A stretch of 64,000 nt of DNA, from assembly GCA_965204755.1 (NCBI GenBank), contig OZ242011.1:2688001-2752000 (forward strand), read 5' to 3'. The notes beneath the pieces were generated by a model. That model did not search any database. It saw only the letters and a program-made list of their open reading frames with translations, and had not been told where the DNA came from. The translations under genes and the position numbers were made by a program. The first letter of the stretch is position 1. Every line of letters starts with the position of its first letter. The DNA is from Candidatus Marinacidobacterium sp. GTDB lineage: Bacteria; Acidobacteriota; Vicinamibacteria; Marinacidobacterales; Marinacidobacteraceae. This document shows, piece by piece, positions 9,356 through 19,396 of this stretch.

Positions 9356-12300
9356 ATGAAGACGACCGGGTTTCGATCGGCGGCGGCTCTGGCGGGTCTC
9401 GCGCTGTCGCTGGCCGCCGGCGCGGCGGCGGGGGCCGCCGGCGCGCAGACCTTCGAGGGGCGGGTCCACGGGGACATCCACGACCCCGACGGCGGTGTCA
9501 TGCCCGGCGTCACCGTGACCCTCACCGACGACGAGACCGGCGCGGCGCGCACCGCCGTCTCCTCCCGGGTCGGCGAGTTCAGTTTCGACCACCTGCGTCC
9601 GGGGACCTACACCCTCCGCGCCGAGTTGAGCGGGTTCGCCCCCTTCGTGCGCGAAGGCCTGGTCGTCGGGATTTCCTCGTTCGTGGTCGTGGACGCCGAG
9701 TTGGTCATCGGCGGCATCGAAGAGACGATCACGGTAACCGCCGAGACGCCGCTCATCGAGTCGGCCAGCGCCTCGGTGGCTTCGGCGGTGGACCGGGAAC
9801 AACTCGAAGTCCTGCCGTCGCCGGGCCGCAATGTGTTCATCATGTCCGTCGGGACGCCGAATGTGGTGCACACCGGCAACCCGGTCTGGGTGAAACCGTC
9901 CGACCAGACGAACGCCAGCCTGCTGTCGCTGGGCGGCGGGCCGCTCCGGGGAAACAACTACACGATGGACGGGGTTTCCATCACGGACCTGCGCAACCGG
10001 GCGATCGTGGTTCCTTCGTTCGAGTCCATCCAGGAGATGAAGGTGCAGACGAACACCTACGACGCGGAGATGGGTCGCACCGGCGGCGGGGTGTTCAATG
10101 TGATCCACCGGCGGGGGTCGAACCTCTGGAGCGGCAGCGCGCTGTTCCAGACCCGCCCCCGGCGCTTGAACACCTTCTTCCGCAAGTTGGCGTTCTTCCA
10201 GCAGCGCGACCTCGACCGGGGCGCGATCACCGAGGCGGACCTGGTGGAGGCGCCGTTCTATCTCGGCGCCGGCTCCTTCGGCGGGCCGATCGTCCGCGAC
10301 CGGACCTTCTTCTTCCTCTCCGCCGAGGGCTACTACGACGAACTGCTCGGGAACACCACGGTGCGCCTTCCGAGCGCGGCCGAGGCGGCGGGCGACTTCT
10401 CGGCGGGCGGGCGGACGATCTACGACCCGCTCGACCAGGACGCGAACGGGAACCGCCGCCCGTTCCCGGGGAATGTGATTCCGGCGGAGCGGATCGATCC
10501 CACGGGTTCCGCGCTGGCGCGGATGCTGACGACGCTGGGAAGCGGCGGGGTGCACTCCACCTCCGGGCCGGAACCCATCAGCGCGATCGTGACCACCGGG
10601 AACCTGAACCATTCCTTCTCTTCGACCCTCCAGGCATCGGCGACCTACATGTATTACAAGTCGTCCGACATCTTCAACAAGCACTACGCGGACCTGCTGA
10701 ACACGGACGATTCCCCGGCCTTCGGCCCGGGCGGCTCCGACCTGAGGCGCGTGGTGCGCGCCGGGGCGCTGAACACCACCCTGCTGCCGGACGACTCCTC
10801 GGTGCTGACGCTGCGCTACGGACAGACCTACTTCGACGACTCCTATGTGAACCTGCCGTACTCCGCCGCCGACTTCCGCAGCGAACTCGGCCTGACCGGG
10901 GATTTCGTGGACAAGTTGTACGCCCAACCGGACTACCTCGGGCAGTTCCCGCTGGTCGAAGTGGCCGACTACGGCGACGGCGGCCGCACCCACGGCGCCT
11001 GGTCCAACTCCGATGTGCAGTGGACTTCGCGCGAAGTCAGCGGCGCGTACTCCACCAGCCGGGGCCACCACACCCTGAAGGTCGGCGGCCAATGGCGGCG
11101 GATGGGCCTCCGCGCCACCGAGTACCGCAACGGCCTGCGCCTGGGATTCCGGCAGAACTTCACGCAGGGCCCGAATCCGACCGCGCCGGCGGAAGGCAGC
11201 GGCGACGCGCTCGCCGACCTGCTGCTCGGCATCCCCTCCTCCGGGCAGGTGACCCTCGCCCAGCCGGCCGATGTGTTCGTGGACTACTTCGGCGCGTTCG
11301 TCCAGGACGACTGGCATCCGACCCACGACCTGGTGCTGAATCTCGGTCTCCGCGTCGAGCGCGAAACGGGCCTCCGGGAGGACGACGACGGGTTCGCCGT
11401 CGGTTGGGACCGTGAGAACCCGTTCCCGGTCCAGGCGGCGCCGCCGGCCGGGCTCGATCCGGCATCGCTCCCCGGCTTCCCCCTGCGCGGCGGCCTGCTC
11501 TACGCCGGAGTGGACGGGAACCCCACCCACCAGTGGAATCCGCCGGCGGTGAAACTCGGGCCGCGCGTCGGTTTCGCCTGGACCGCCGGGCCGAACACCG
11601 TCGTTCGCGGCGGTTACGCGGTCTTCTGGGCGCCCTACGCCCTGCCTTCCGGAACGGACGCGAGCAGTCTCGGCACCTACGGCTACAGCGAGGTCACCAG
11701 CGTCCCGACCAGTTTCGACGGCGTGACCCCGCCGGAAGCGACGGCTTCCAACCCGTTTCCCGACGGGGTGTCCGACCCGGTGGGGAACCGGCGCGGGCGT
11801 TTCCAGAACATCGGGGGGAATGTCTATTTCAACGAGCAGTTCCGGGCCTCGCCGTACATCCAGAAGTGGTCGCTCGACTTCCAGCGCGAACTCGGCTTCG
11901 GTTTGGTCGCGAAGGTCGGCTATGTCGGCAGCCGGGGGACGAACCTGGGCATCGGCGGAACCGAAGACGCGGTCATCAACATCAACCAACTGCCGGACTC
12001 CGCGCTCGCGCTCGGCGAGGAGGCCCTGAACTCACCGGTCGCCAACCCGTTCCACGGCGACGACCGCTTCGGCGCCTTCGCCGGACGGGAGACGCTGCCC
12101 TACGCGCAGTTGCTGCGGCCGTATCCGCACTTCCGCAATGTCCTGGCGCGTCATGTCAGCGCCGGCCGGTCCTTCTACAACTCGCTCCGGATGGAACTGG
12201 AGAAGCGTTTCCGGGGGAGTTGGGGCGCCCGCGTGAACTACACCTTCACCCGCCACGACGACAACATCTACGAAGGGAACACGCTCCTCGAGAGCGAGAC

Positions 12301-12898
12301 CGTCACCGTGTACGACACTCCCGACGAATGCGCGTTCTCGAAGTGCCCGGTGGTGGAGGGCGACTACGGCCCGGCGCGCATCCATGTGCCGCACCAGTTG
12401 AACATCAACGGCAGTTACTACCTGCCCGGGGACCACCTGCTCTACGGCGGCTGGTCGCTCTCGGTGGCCGCCATCATGCGCAGCGGGTTCCCGCTGGTGG
12501 TGACCCAGGCCGCGAATCCGCTCGCCTCCTACGGCTTCGACCACCAGCGCCCGGCGAACCTGGCGATCGGCGCCGGAGGTTCCGCCGCCGCCGACCCGGA
12601 GAACTATGTGCTTCCCGGTTCCACCACCCCGAGCGAGGGGCTGACGGTCAGCGCCGCCCCCCACACCACCGACCAGGTGCGCACGCCGCCCCTGCTGAAC
12701 TGGGATGTCTCGCTGGAGAAGACCACCCGCCTCGGCGGCGACGCGGAACTGCGCCTGCGCTTCGAGTTCATCAACCTGTTCAACCAGGTGAACTGGCGCG
12801 GCCCCCGCACCGTGCTGGGGGCGGACACTTTCGGGAGCATCCCGGGAACCCGCGGGTATCCGAGAACGCTCCAGGTGATGGCCAAGGTCACCTTCTGA
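9356..12898 (+). CDS. TonB-dependent receptor with carboxypeptidase-regulatory-like N-terminal domain
   Basis: SD GGGAGG then ATG 9356; signal peptide MKTTGFRSAAALAGL..AGAQ; G.VHG.I.DP.GGVMPGVTVT; YDAEMGRTGGG; ends QVMAKVTF. Confidence 0.92.
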   Translation: MKTTGFRSAAALAGLALSLAAGAAAGAAGAQTFEGRVHGDIHDPDGGVMPGVTVTLTDDETGAARTAVSSRVGEFSFDHLRPGTYTLRAELSGFAPFVREGLVVGISSFVVVDAELVIGGIEETITVTAETPLIESASASVASAVDREQLEVLPSPGRNVFIMSVGTPNVVHTGNPVWVKPSDQTNASLLSLGGGPLRGNNYTMDGVSITDLRNRAIVVPSFESIQEMKVQTNTYDAEMGRTGGGVFNVIHRRGSNLWSGSALFQTRPRRLNTFFRKLAFFQQRDLDRGAITEADLVEAPFYLGAGSFGGPIVRDRTFFFLSAEGYYDELLGNTTVRLPSAAEAAGDFSAGGRTIYDPLDQDANGNRRPFPGNVIPAERIDPTGSALARMLTTLGSGGVHSTSGPEPISAIVTTGNLNHSFSSTLQASATYMYYKSSDIFNKHYADLLNTDDSPAFGPGGSDLRRVVRAGALNTTLLPDDSSVLTLRYGQTYFDDSYVNLPYSAADFRSELGLTGDFVDKLYAQPDYLGQFPLVEVADYGDGGRTHGAWSNSDVQWTSREVSGAYSTSRGHHTLKVGGQWRRMGLRATEYRNGLRLGFRQNFTQGPNPTAPAEGSGDALADLLLGIPSSGQVTLAQPADVFVDYFGAFVQDDWHPTHDLVLNLGLRVERETGLREDDDGFAVGWDRENPFPVQAAPPAGLDPASLPGFPLRGGLLYAGVDGNPTHQWNPPAVKLGPRVGFAWTAGPNTVVRGGYAVFWAPYALPSGTDASSLGTYGYSEVTSVPTSFDGVTPPEATASNPFPDGVSDPVGNRRGRFQNIGGNVYFNEQFRASPYIQKWSLDFQRELGFGLVAKVGYVGSRGTNLGIGGTEDAVININQLPDSALALGEEALNSPVANPFHGDDRFGAFAGRETLPYAQLLRPYPHFRNVLARHVSAGRSFYNSLRMELEKRFRGSWGARVNYTFTRHDDNIYEGNTLLESETVTVYDTPDECAFSKCPVVEGDYGPARIHVPHQLNINGSYYLPGDHLLYGGWSLSVAAIMRSGFPLVVTQAANPLASYGFDHQRPANLAIGAGGSAAADPENYVLPGSTTPSEGLTVSAAPHTTDQVRTPPLLNWDVSLEKTTRLGGDAELRLRFEFINLFNQVNWRGPRTVLGADTFGSIPGTRGYPRTLQVMAKVTF

Positions 12899-15800
12899 TG
12901 CCGGGCCGGGAGGCGCGGGCCCGCCCGTTCGCGGACTCGAGGGTGAAGACCGCGGGCCGGTCGGCGGCGGCGACGCTGGCCGGCCTCCTCCTGGCCGCCG
13001 GCGCCGCCGGCGCGCAGACCTTCGAGGGGCGGGTCCACGGGGACATCCACGACCCCGACGGCGGCGTGATGCCCGGCGTCACCGTGACCCTCACCGACGA
13101 CGAAACCGGCGCGGCGCGCACCGCGGTCTCCTCCGGGGTCGGCGAGTTCAGTTTCGACCACCTCCGACCGGGCGCTTACACCCTCCGCGCCGAGTTGAGC
13201 GGGTTCGCCCCGTTCGTCCGCGAGGGCTTGCTCGTCGGAATCTCCTCGTTCGTGGTCGTGGAAGCGGAATTGGTGGTCGGCGGCATCGAAGAGACGATCG
13301 TGGTGACCGCCGAAACCCCGCTCATCGAGTCGGCCAGCGCCTCGGTGGCGGCGGCGGTGGACCGGGAGCAACTCGATGTCCTGCCGTCGCCGGGGCGCAA
13401 TGTGTTCATCATGTCCGTCGGAACGCCGAATGTGGTCCACACCGGCAATCCGGGTTGGGTCAAGCCGTCCGACCAGACGAACGCCAGCCTGCTGTCCTTG
13501 GGCGGCGGGCCGCTCCGGGGCAACAACTACACATTGGACGGGGTTTCCATCACCGACCTGCGCAACCGGGCGATCGTCGTTCCTTCGTTCGAGTCGATCC
13601 AGGAGATGAAGGTGCAGACGAACACCTACGACGCGGAGATGGGGCGGACCGGCGGCGGGGTGTTCAATGTGATCCACCGGCGGGGGTCCAACCGGTGGAG
13701 CGGGAGCGGACTGTTCCAAGCCCGCCCCCGGCGGCTGAACACCTTCTTCCGGGAGTTGGGTTTCTTCCAGAAGCGCGACCTCGACCGGGGAGTCATCACC
13801 GAAGCGGACCTGGTGGAATCCCCGTTCTATCTCGGCGCCGGATCCCTCGGCGGGCCGATCGCGCGGGACCGCACCTTCTTCTTCCTCGCCGCCGAGGCAT
13901 ACCACGACGAACTGCTGGAGAACACCACGGTGCGCGTCCCGAGCGCGGCCGAGGCGGCGGGCGACTTCTCGGCGAGCGGGCGGACGATCTACGACCCGCT
14001 GGAGTTGGACGCGGACGGCAACCGCCGCCCGTTCCCGGGGAATGTGATTCCGCCGGCCCGGTTGGATCCGACGGGTTCGGCGCTCGCGGGACTGCTGACC
14101 ACCTTGGGGAGCGGCGGGGTGCACTCGACTTCCGGGCCGGCGCCGGTCGATGCGGTCAACACGAGCCTCAACCTGAACCATTCGTTCACCCCGGCGCTCC
14201 AAACTTCCGCGACCTTCCTCTACTACCGGTCGGGCGACACCTTCCACCGGCACTACGCCGACCTGCGGAACACGGACGATCCTCCGCTTTTCGGGCCGGG
14301 CGTCTCCCAACTGAGGCGGACGGTGCGCGCCGGGGCGCTGAACACCACCCTGCTGCCCGACGACTCCTCGGTGCTGACGCTGCGCTACGGGCAGACCTAC
14401 TTCTACGACTCCTTCGTGGCGCAGCCGTACTCCGCCTCCGACTTCCGCAGCGAACTCGGCCTGACCGGGGACTTCGTGGACAAGTTGTACGCGCAGCCGG
14501 ACTATGCCGGCCAATTCCCGCTGGTCGAGGTGGACGACTACGGCGACGGCGGCCGGACCCACGGCGCCTGGTCCAACTCCGATGTGCACTGGACTTCGCG
14601 GGAAGTCAGCGGCGCGTATTCGACCCACCGGGGCCGCCATACGGTGAAAGTCGGCGGCCAGTGGCGGCGGCTCGGCCTCCGCGCCACCGAGTACCGCAAC
14701 GGCCTGCGGCTCCGGTTCCGGCGGAACTTCACGCAGGGCCCGAACCCCGCGGCGCCGGCCGAGGGCAGCGGCGACGCGCTCGCCGACCTGCTGCTCGGCA
14801 TCCCCTCCGGCGGTCAGGCGACCCTCGCGCTGCCGGCGGAGGTGTTCGTGGACTACTTCGGCGCGTTCGTCCAAGACGACTGGCATCCGACCCACGACCT
14901 GGTGCTGAACTTGGGTCTCCGCATCGAGCGCGAAACCGGCCTCCGCGAGGACGACGACGGGTTCGCGGTCGGCTGGGACCGGGAGAACCCGTTCCCGATC
15001 CAGGTGGCGCCGCCCGCCGGGCTCGATCCGGGGGCGCTCCCCGGCTTTCCCCTGCGCGGCGGCCTGCTCTACGCCGGCGTGGACGGAAACCCCACCCACC
15101 AGTGGAATCCGCCGGCGGTGAAACTCGGGCCGCGCGTCGGTTTCGCCTGGACCGCCGGCCCGAAGACCGTCCTCCGCGGCGGTTACGCGGTCTTCTGGGC
15201 GCCCTACGCCCTGCCTTCCGGAACGGACGCGAGCAGTCTCGGAACCTACGGTTACAGCGAGGTCACCAGCGTCCCCACCAGTTTCGACGGCGTGACCCCG
15301 CCGGAAGCGACGGCGTCCCGCCCGTTCCCGGAAGGCGTCGGCGACCCGGTGGGCAACGGGCGCGGGCGGCTCCAGAACCTGGGCGCGAATGTCTATTTCA
15401 ACGAACAGTTCCGGGCGTCGCCGTACATCCAGAAGTGGTCGCTCGATGTCCAGCGCGATCTCGGCCTCGGCCTGGCGGCGAAGGTGGGTTATGTCGGCAG
15501 CCGGGGTTCGAACCTGGGGATCGGGGGCACCGAGGATTCGGTACTCAACATCAACCAGTTGCCGAATGCCGCGCTCGCCCTCGGCGGCGAGGCCCTGAAC
15601 TCGCCGGTCGCCAACCCGTTCTTCGGCGACGAGCGCTTCGGCGCGTTCGCCGAACGAAGGGAAATCCCTTACGGCCAACTGTTGCGGCCGTATCCGCATT
15701 TCCGCGATGTCCTGGCGCGGCAGGTGAGCGCCGGGAAGTCCCTCTACCACTCGCTCCGGGTGGAGGTGGAAAAGCGGTTTCGCGGCAACTGGGGAGCGCG

Positions 15801-16467
15801 GGTGAACTACACCTATACCCGGCACGACGACAACATCTACGAGGGGAACACCCTGGTCGAAAGCGAGACCACCACCGTGTACGACACGCCGGACGAATGC
15901 GCGTTCTCCCGGTGTCCGGCGCTCGAAGCCGACTACGGGCCGTCGCGGATCCAGGTCCCGCACCAGTTGAACCTCAACGGGAGTTACACCCTGCCCGGAA
16001 CCCACCGGCTCTTCGGCGGCTGGTCGCTCTCGGCGGCGGCCATCCTGCGCAACGGCTTCCCGCTGGTGGTGACCCAGGCCTCGAACCCGCTCGCCGCCTA
16101 CGGTTTCGACCACCAACGCCCGGCGACGGTCGGCGTCGCCGTCGCCGGCCCGGCGTCGGCGAACCCGGACGGCTATCTGACGCCCGGCGCCACGACGCCC
16201 GCCGAAGGACTCACCGTCAGCGCCGCCCCGCACACCACCGACCTCGCGCGCACGCCGCCCCTCGTCAACTGGGATGTGTCGCTGGAGAAGACGACGCGGC
16301 TGGCGGGCGACCTCGACCTGATGCTGCGGTTCGAGTTCCTCAACCTCTTCGACCAGGTGAATTGGCGCGGCCCCCGGACCGTCCTCGGCGCCGACGACTT
16401 CGGCGCCATCCCGGGCACGCGCGGCTTCCCCCGCACGCTGCAGTTCATGGCGAAGGTCACCTTCTGA
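12898..16467 (+). CDS. TonB-dependent receptor, tandem paralog of preceding gene
   Basis: TGATG overlap start (alternative GTG 12943, VKTAG homologous to MKTTG); highly similar to 9356 gene throughout; ends QFMAKVTF. Confidence 0.92.
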   Translation: MPGREARARPFADSRVKTAGRSAAATLAGLLLAAGAAGAQTFEGRVHGDIHDPDGGVMPGVTVTLTDDETGAARTAVSSGVGEFSFDHLRPGAYTLRAELSGFAPFVREGLLVGISSFVVVEAELVVGGIEETIVVTAETPLIESASASVAAAVDREQLDVLPSPGRNVFIMSVGTPNVVHTGNPGWVKPSDQTNASLLSLGGGPLRGNNYTLDGVSITDLRNRAIVVPSFESIQEMKVQTNTYDAEMGRTGGGVFNVIHRRGSNRWSGSGLFQARPRRLNTFFRELGFFQKRDLDRGVITEADLVESPFYLGAGSLGGPIARDRTFFFLAAEAYHDELLENTTVRVPSAAEAAGDFSASGRTIYDPLELDADGNRRPFPGNVIPPARLDPTGSALAGLLTTLGSGGVHSTSGPAPVDAVNTSLNLNHSFTPALQTSATFLYYRSGDTFHRHYADLRNTDDPPLFGPGVSQLRRTVRAGALNTTLLPDDSSVLTLRYGQTYFYDSFVAQPYSASDFRSELGLTGDFVDKLYAQPDYAGQFPLVEVDDYGDGGRTHGAWSNSDVHWTSREVSGAYSTHRGRHTVKVGGQWRRLGLRATEYRNGLRLRFRRNFTQGPNPAAPAEGSGDALADLLLGIPSGGQATLALPAEVFVDYFGAFVQDDWHPTHDLVLNLGLRIERETGLREDDDGFAVGWDRENPFPIQVAPPAGLDPGALPGFPLRGGLLYAGVDGNPTHQWNPPAVKLGPRVGFAWTAGPKTVLRGGYAVFWAPYALPSGTDASSLGTYGYSEVTSVPTSFDGVTPPEATASRPFPEGVGDPVGNGRGRLQNLGANVYFNEQFRASPYIQKWSLDVQRDLGLGLAAKVGYVGSRGSNLGIGGTEDSVLNINQLPNAALALGGEALNSPVANPFFGDERFGAFAERREIPYGQLLRPYPHFRDVLARQVSAGKSLYHSLRVEVEKRFRGNWGARVNYTYTRHDDNIYEGNTLVESETTTVYDTPDECAFSRCPALEADYGPSRIQVPHQLNLNGSYTLPGTHRLFGGWSLSAAAILRNGFPLVVTQASNPLAAYGFDHQRPATVGVAVAGPASANPDGYLTPGATTPAEGLTVSAAPHTTDLARTPPLVNWDVSLEKTTRLAGDLDLMLRFEFLNLFDQVNWRGPRTVLGADDFGAIPGTRGFPRTLQFMAKVTF

Positions 16468-16527
16468 GGTCGGCGGCCGGCCTCGCTCCACTTATCGCGG
16501 CAGGCCGGACCGGTCGGCTTCGTTTCC

Positions 16528-16533
16528 TATACT
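16528..16533 (+). promoter_or_regulatory. Putative -10 box (TATACT) for a leaderless ATPase 4 transcript
   Basis: TATACT 6 nt before ATG 16540; no SD. Confidence 0.5.
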
Positions 16534-16539
16534 CACCCC

Positions 16540-17691
16540 ATGACGATCCCGAGCGGCGTGGCGGTGGACTCCGGACCGTTCCGACCCGGCCCCGGCGGAC
16601 TTCCGCCATATCTCGCGGGACGCGAGGAGGAGCAGGCCCTGTTCCGGCTGCGACTCGACGAACTCCGGCGTGGCATCCCGCCCCAGGCGGAGGTCGTGCT
16701 CTACGGGCCGCGCGGCAACGGCAAGACAGCGTTGCTGTTCTGGCTGGAGGAGTTGGCGAAAGAGCGCCGTGGCGTCGATGTGATCGGATTGGCGCCGTCT
16801 TTCTTCGACGGCCCGACGGAATTGGCCCGCATGATCCAGCCTCGCTCGCGCTGGCGAGTCCTCGTTCCGAAGAAAGTCGCTTCCAGGCGGTTCACTTGGA
16901 GCCCCGACGCGCCGACGTCTCCGTCGTTGGTGGAGGTCTTGACGAAGCGGGTGTCCAAGAACCCGCTGATCCTCCTGTTCGACGAGGCGCACCGGCTGGA
17001 TGCGGACACCTGTCGGCTCCTTCTGGATGCGAGCCAGAAAGTAGGTCGGCGTTCGCCGTTCCTGCTGGTGCTCGCCGGGACGCCGGATCTCGAGGCTCGC
17101 CTCAGCGCCTCGGGCGCCTCGTTCTGGAATCGCGCCGACAGGCGGCGCATCGGCCGGCTCTCCGAGGCCGCAACGACCGCCGCGTTTTCCGAGCCGTTCG
17201 AGGCCGAGGGCGTCGCCGTGACGCCGGACGCGCTCGCGAACCTCGTCCGCGAGAGCCACGGCTACCCCTTCTTCATCCAGTTGCTCGGCGGTCAGGTGTG
17301 GGGGCGGTTGGCGACCCGGCCGGAGGAGACTCGCCAACGCGTTACCACGCGCGAAGTCGAAGCAGCCCTCCCGGGTTTCCGCGAGCGCCAACGCCTCTAC
17401 TACCTCGACCGCTACCGGGAGTTGGGGCGGCGGGGAGTCATGGCCCCGGCGCAGACGGTGGCCGCCCGATTCGCGGAGGGACGCGCCGAGTTGACCGACG
17501 GGGAGTTGCGCGAGGCGATCGCGCGGGGACTCGGCAAGAGTCCGGAGTCCCGCAAAGCCGCCGCCGCCGAGCGCGAACTGGCGGACCTCGGCTTCGTGTG
17601 GACTCCCGGCGCGGAACCCGCTTGGGAGCCGGGGATTCCGAGTCTCATGGACTATGTGATCGAGCACGCTCCGGTCGGCGGCGGCTCGTAG
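16540..17691 (+). CDS. AAA ATPase, copy 4 (more divergent)
   Basis: GPFRPGPGGLPPYLAGRE, GPRGNGKT, LLFDEAH, GYPFFIQ, WEPGIPSLMDY. Confidence 0.88.
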   Translation: MTIPSGVAVDSGPFRPGPGGLPPYLAGREEEQALFRLRLDELRRGIPPQAEVVLYGPRGNGKTALLFWLEELAKERRGVDVIGLAPSFFDGPTELARMIQPRSRWRVLVPKKVASRRFTWSPDAPTSPSLVEVLTKRVSKNPLILLFDEAHRLDADTCRLLLDASQKVGRRSPFLLVLAGTPDLEARLSASGASFWNRADRRRIGRLSEAATTAAFSEPFEAEGVAVTPDALANLVRESHGYPFFIQLLGGQVWGRLATRPEETRQRVTTREVEAALPGFRERQRLYYLDRYRELGRRGVMAPAQTVAARFAEGRAELTDGELREAIARGLGKSPESRKAAAAERELADLGFVWTPGAEPAWEPGIPSLMDYVIEHAPVGGGS

Positions 17692-17766
17692 CCGGAAGTC
17701 CGGGCCGATCGAACTCGTCTCGGGCTACCGTAACCCTTCCGGAAATCATCCGAAGTGGAGTCCCCC

Positions 17767-18024
17767 ATGTCCCATCCGCATCCCGTTCGGCGGTCCTCCG
17801 CCTTCCTGCTCGGCGTCCTGCTGGCTGCGTCCCTGGCCGCCGTCTCGTTCTCCGGCTGCGAGTACCTCGCGCCCGATGTCTCCAAGGCGCTCACCGAGGA
17901 ACGCCAGCGCGAGATCATGGAGCGCGACCTCGAGATCGCGGAGGAGCGCCTCGAGTTGGAACGCCGCATCGCGGATTCCCTCGACCGCATCGCCGCCGCC
18001 CTCGAACGAACCGCCGACCGCTGA
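17767..18024 (+). CDS. Small putative lipoprotein with coiled-coil C-terminus
   Basis: GGAG SD, hydrophobic signal ending FSGC (lipobox-like), E/R-rich helix. Confidence 0.65.
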   Translation: MSHPHPVRRSSAFLLGVLLAASLAAVSFSGCEYLAPDVSKALTEERQREIMERDLEIAEERLELERRIADSLDRIAAALERTADR

Positions 18025-18100
18025 CGGGCAGCCCGCGCCGCCCACCGCCTCGGCGGGCGGCGTCGGGCCGCGTCCGCCGCGCCGGTGCTGTAATTCCGGC

Positions 18101-19396
18101 GTGTTGTCCGTGTTTTCGCCCGCGCTCCCGGCGGTCGCGCTCCTCGCCGCCGCGCCGGCGCAGGCGGCGTCCCTTCCCGCGCCGGAACTCGCGGCGATGG
18201 AGCCGCAGGTCGCGGCGCTGCTCGAGGACGCCCGCGCCACGGCCGCCGCCGCGCCGGAAGACGCCGCCGCTTGGCTGGCCTACGGCGAAGTCCTCCACGC
18301 CCACGAGTTGGCCGCCGAGGCCGCCGCCTGTTACCGGGAAGCGGCCCGCCTCGCCGACCCGTCCGGCCTGACCGCGCTGGCCGCCCGCTACCTCCTGGCG
18401 CACGCCGTCCGGGGGAGCGGCCCGGCGGAGTCGGCGGCGGCGCTCGAGGCGGCTCTCGCCGACCACCCCGGCTACCTCCCGGCGCGGGTGCTGCTCGGCG
18501 AGGTCCGGGACGACCTCGGCGACCGCCCCGCCGCGCTCGAAGCCTTCCGACAGGCGGCCGCCGCCGACCCCGGGGCGCCGCTCGCGGCCTTCCGGCTCGG
18601 CTCGGCGCTGCTCGCCGAAGGCCGGGTCGGGGAGGCGATCCCGCTGCTTCGCTCCGCGACCGCCGGGGCGCCCGAGGCGGGCGCCGCCCACACCGCCCTC
18701 GCCCGCGCCCACTACGCCGCCGGCGAACGGGCCCTGGCGGAGGCCGCCGCCGACCGCGCCGCCGCCGCGCCCGCCCGGCTGCCGTCCATCGAGGACCCCA
18801 TCCACCACCGGATGACCGGGCGCGACCGCTCTTCGCCGAGGTTGCTCGATCTCGCCGGGGCGGCGCGCGCCGAGGGTCGGTGGGCCGAGGCCGAGAGCCG
18901 GTATCGGGACTTGGCCGCGCTCCGGCCGCGGGACGCCCTGGTCCTCGCCGAGTTCGGCGCGGCGCTCGCCGGGCGCGGGAAGGACGACGAGGCGGAGCGC
19001 CGATACCTGGACGCCCTGGCGCTCGACCCGGGGCAGGCGCTCGCGCGGTTCGGCCTGGGGGTGCTCCGGGCGCGGGCCGGGGACTACCCCGGCGCCGAGT
19101 TCCAGTTCCGCGCCTCGCTCCGCGCCCGTCCGGACCACCCCGCCGCGCTCGCCGGGCTGGGGGAGACGCTGCTGCGGCAGCGCCGCTACGCCGAGGCGCT
19201 CGACGCGCTGCGGCGCGCGGCGGAGTTCGATCCGGAGAGCGGCGGCGTCCGGTTGCTGGAAGCCGCCGCCCTCGCCGAGTTGGGACGATTCGAAGAGGCG
19301 TGGGCCGCGGTCCGCGCCGCGGCCGCGCGGGAGGTGGAAGCCTCCGAGGAGTTCCTCGCCGCCCTCCGGGCCAAGCACCCGGAACCCGGTGGCTGA
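18101..19396 (+). CDS. Tetratricopeptide repeat protein
   Basis: Signal-like N-terminus and many TPR helices (AWLAYGEVL, ARFGLGVL, ALAGLGETLL); start uncertain. Confidence 0.8.
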   Translation: MLSVFSPALPAVALLAAAPAQAASLPAPELAAMEPQVAALLEDARATAAAAPEDAAAWLAYGEVLHAHELAAEAAACYREAARLADPSGLTALAARYLLAHAVRGSGPAESAAALEAALADHPGYLPARVLLGEVRDDLGDRPAALEAFRQAAAADPGAPLAAFRLGSALLAEGRVGEAIPLLRSATAGAPEAGAAHTALARAHYAAGERALAEAAADRAAAAPARLPSIEDPIHHRMTGRDRSSPRLLDLAGAARAEGRWAEAESRYRDLAALRPRDALVLAEFGAALAGRGKDDEAERRYLDALALDPGQALARFGLGVLRARAGDYPGAEFQFRASLRARPDHPAALAGLGETLLRQRRYAEALDALRRAAEFDPESGGVRLLEAAALAELGRFEEAWAAVRAAAAREVEASEEFLAALRAKHPEPGG

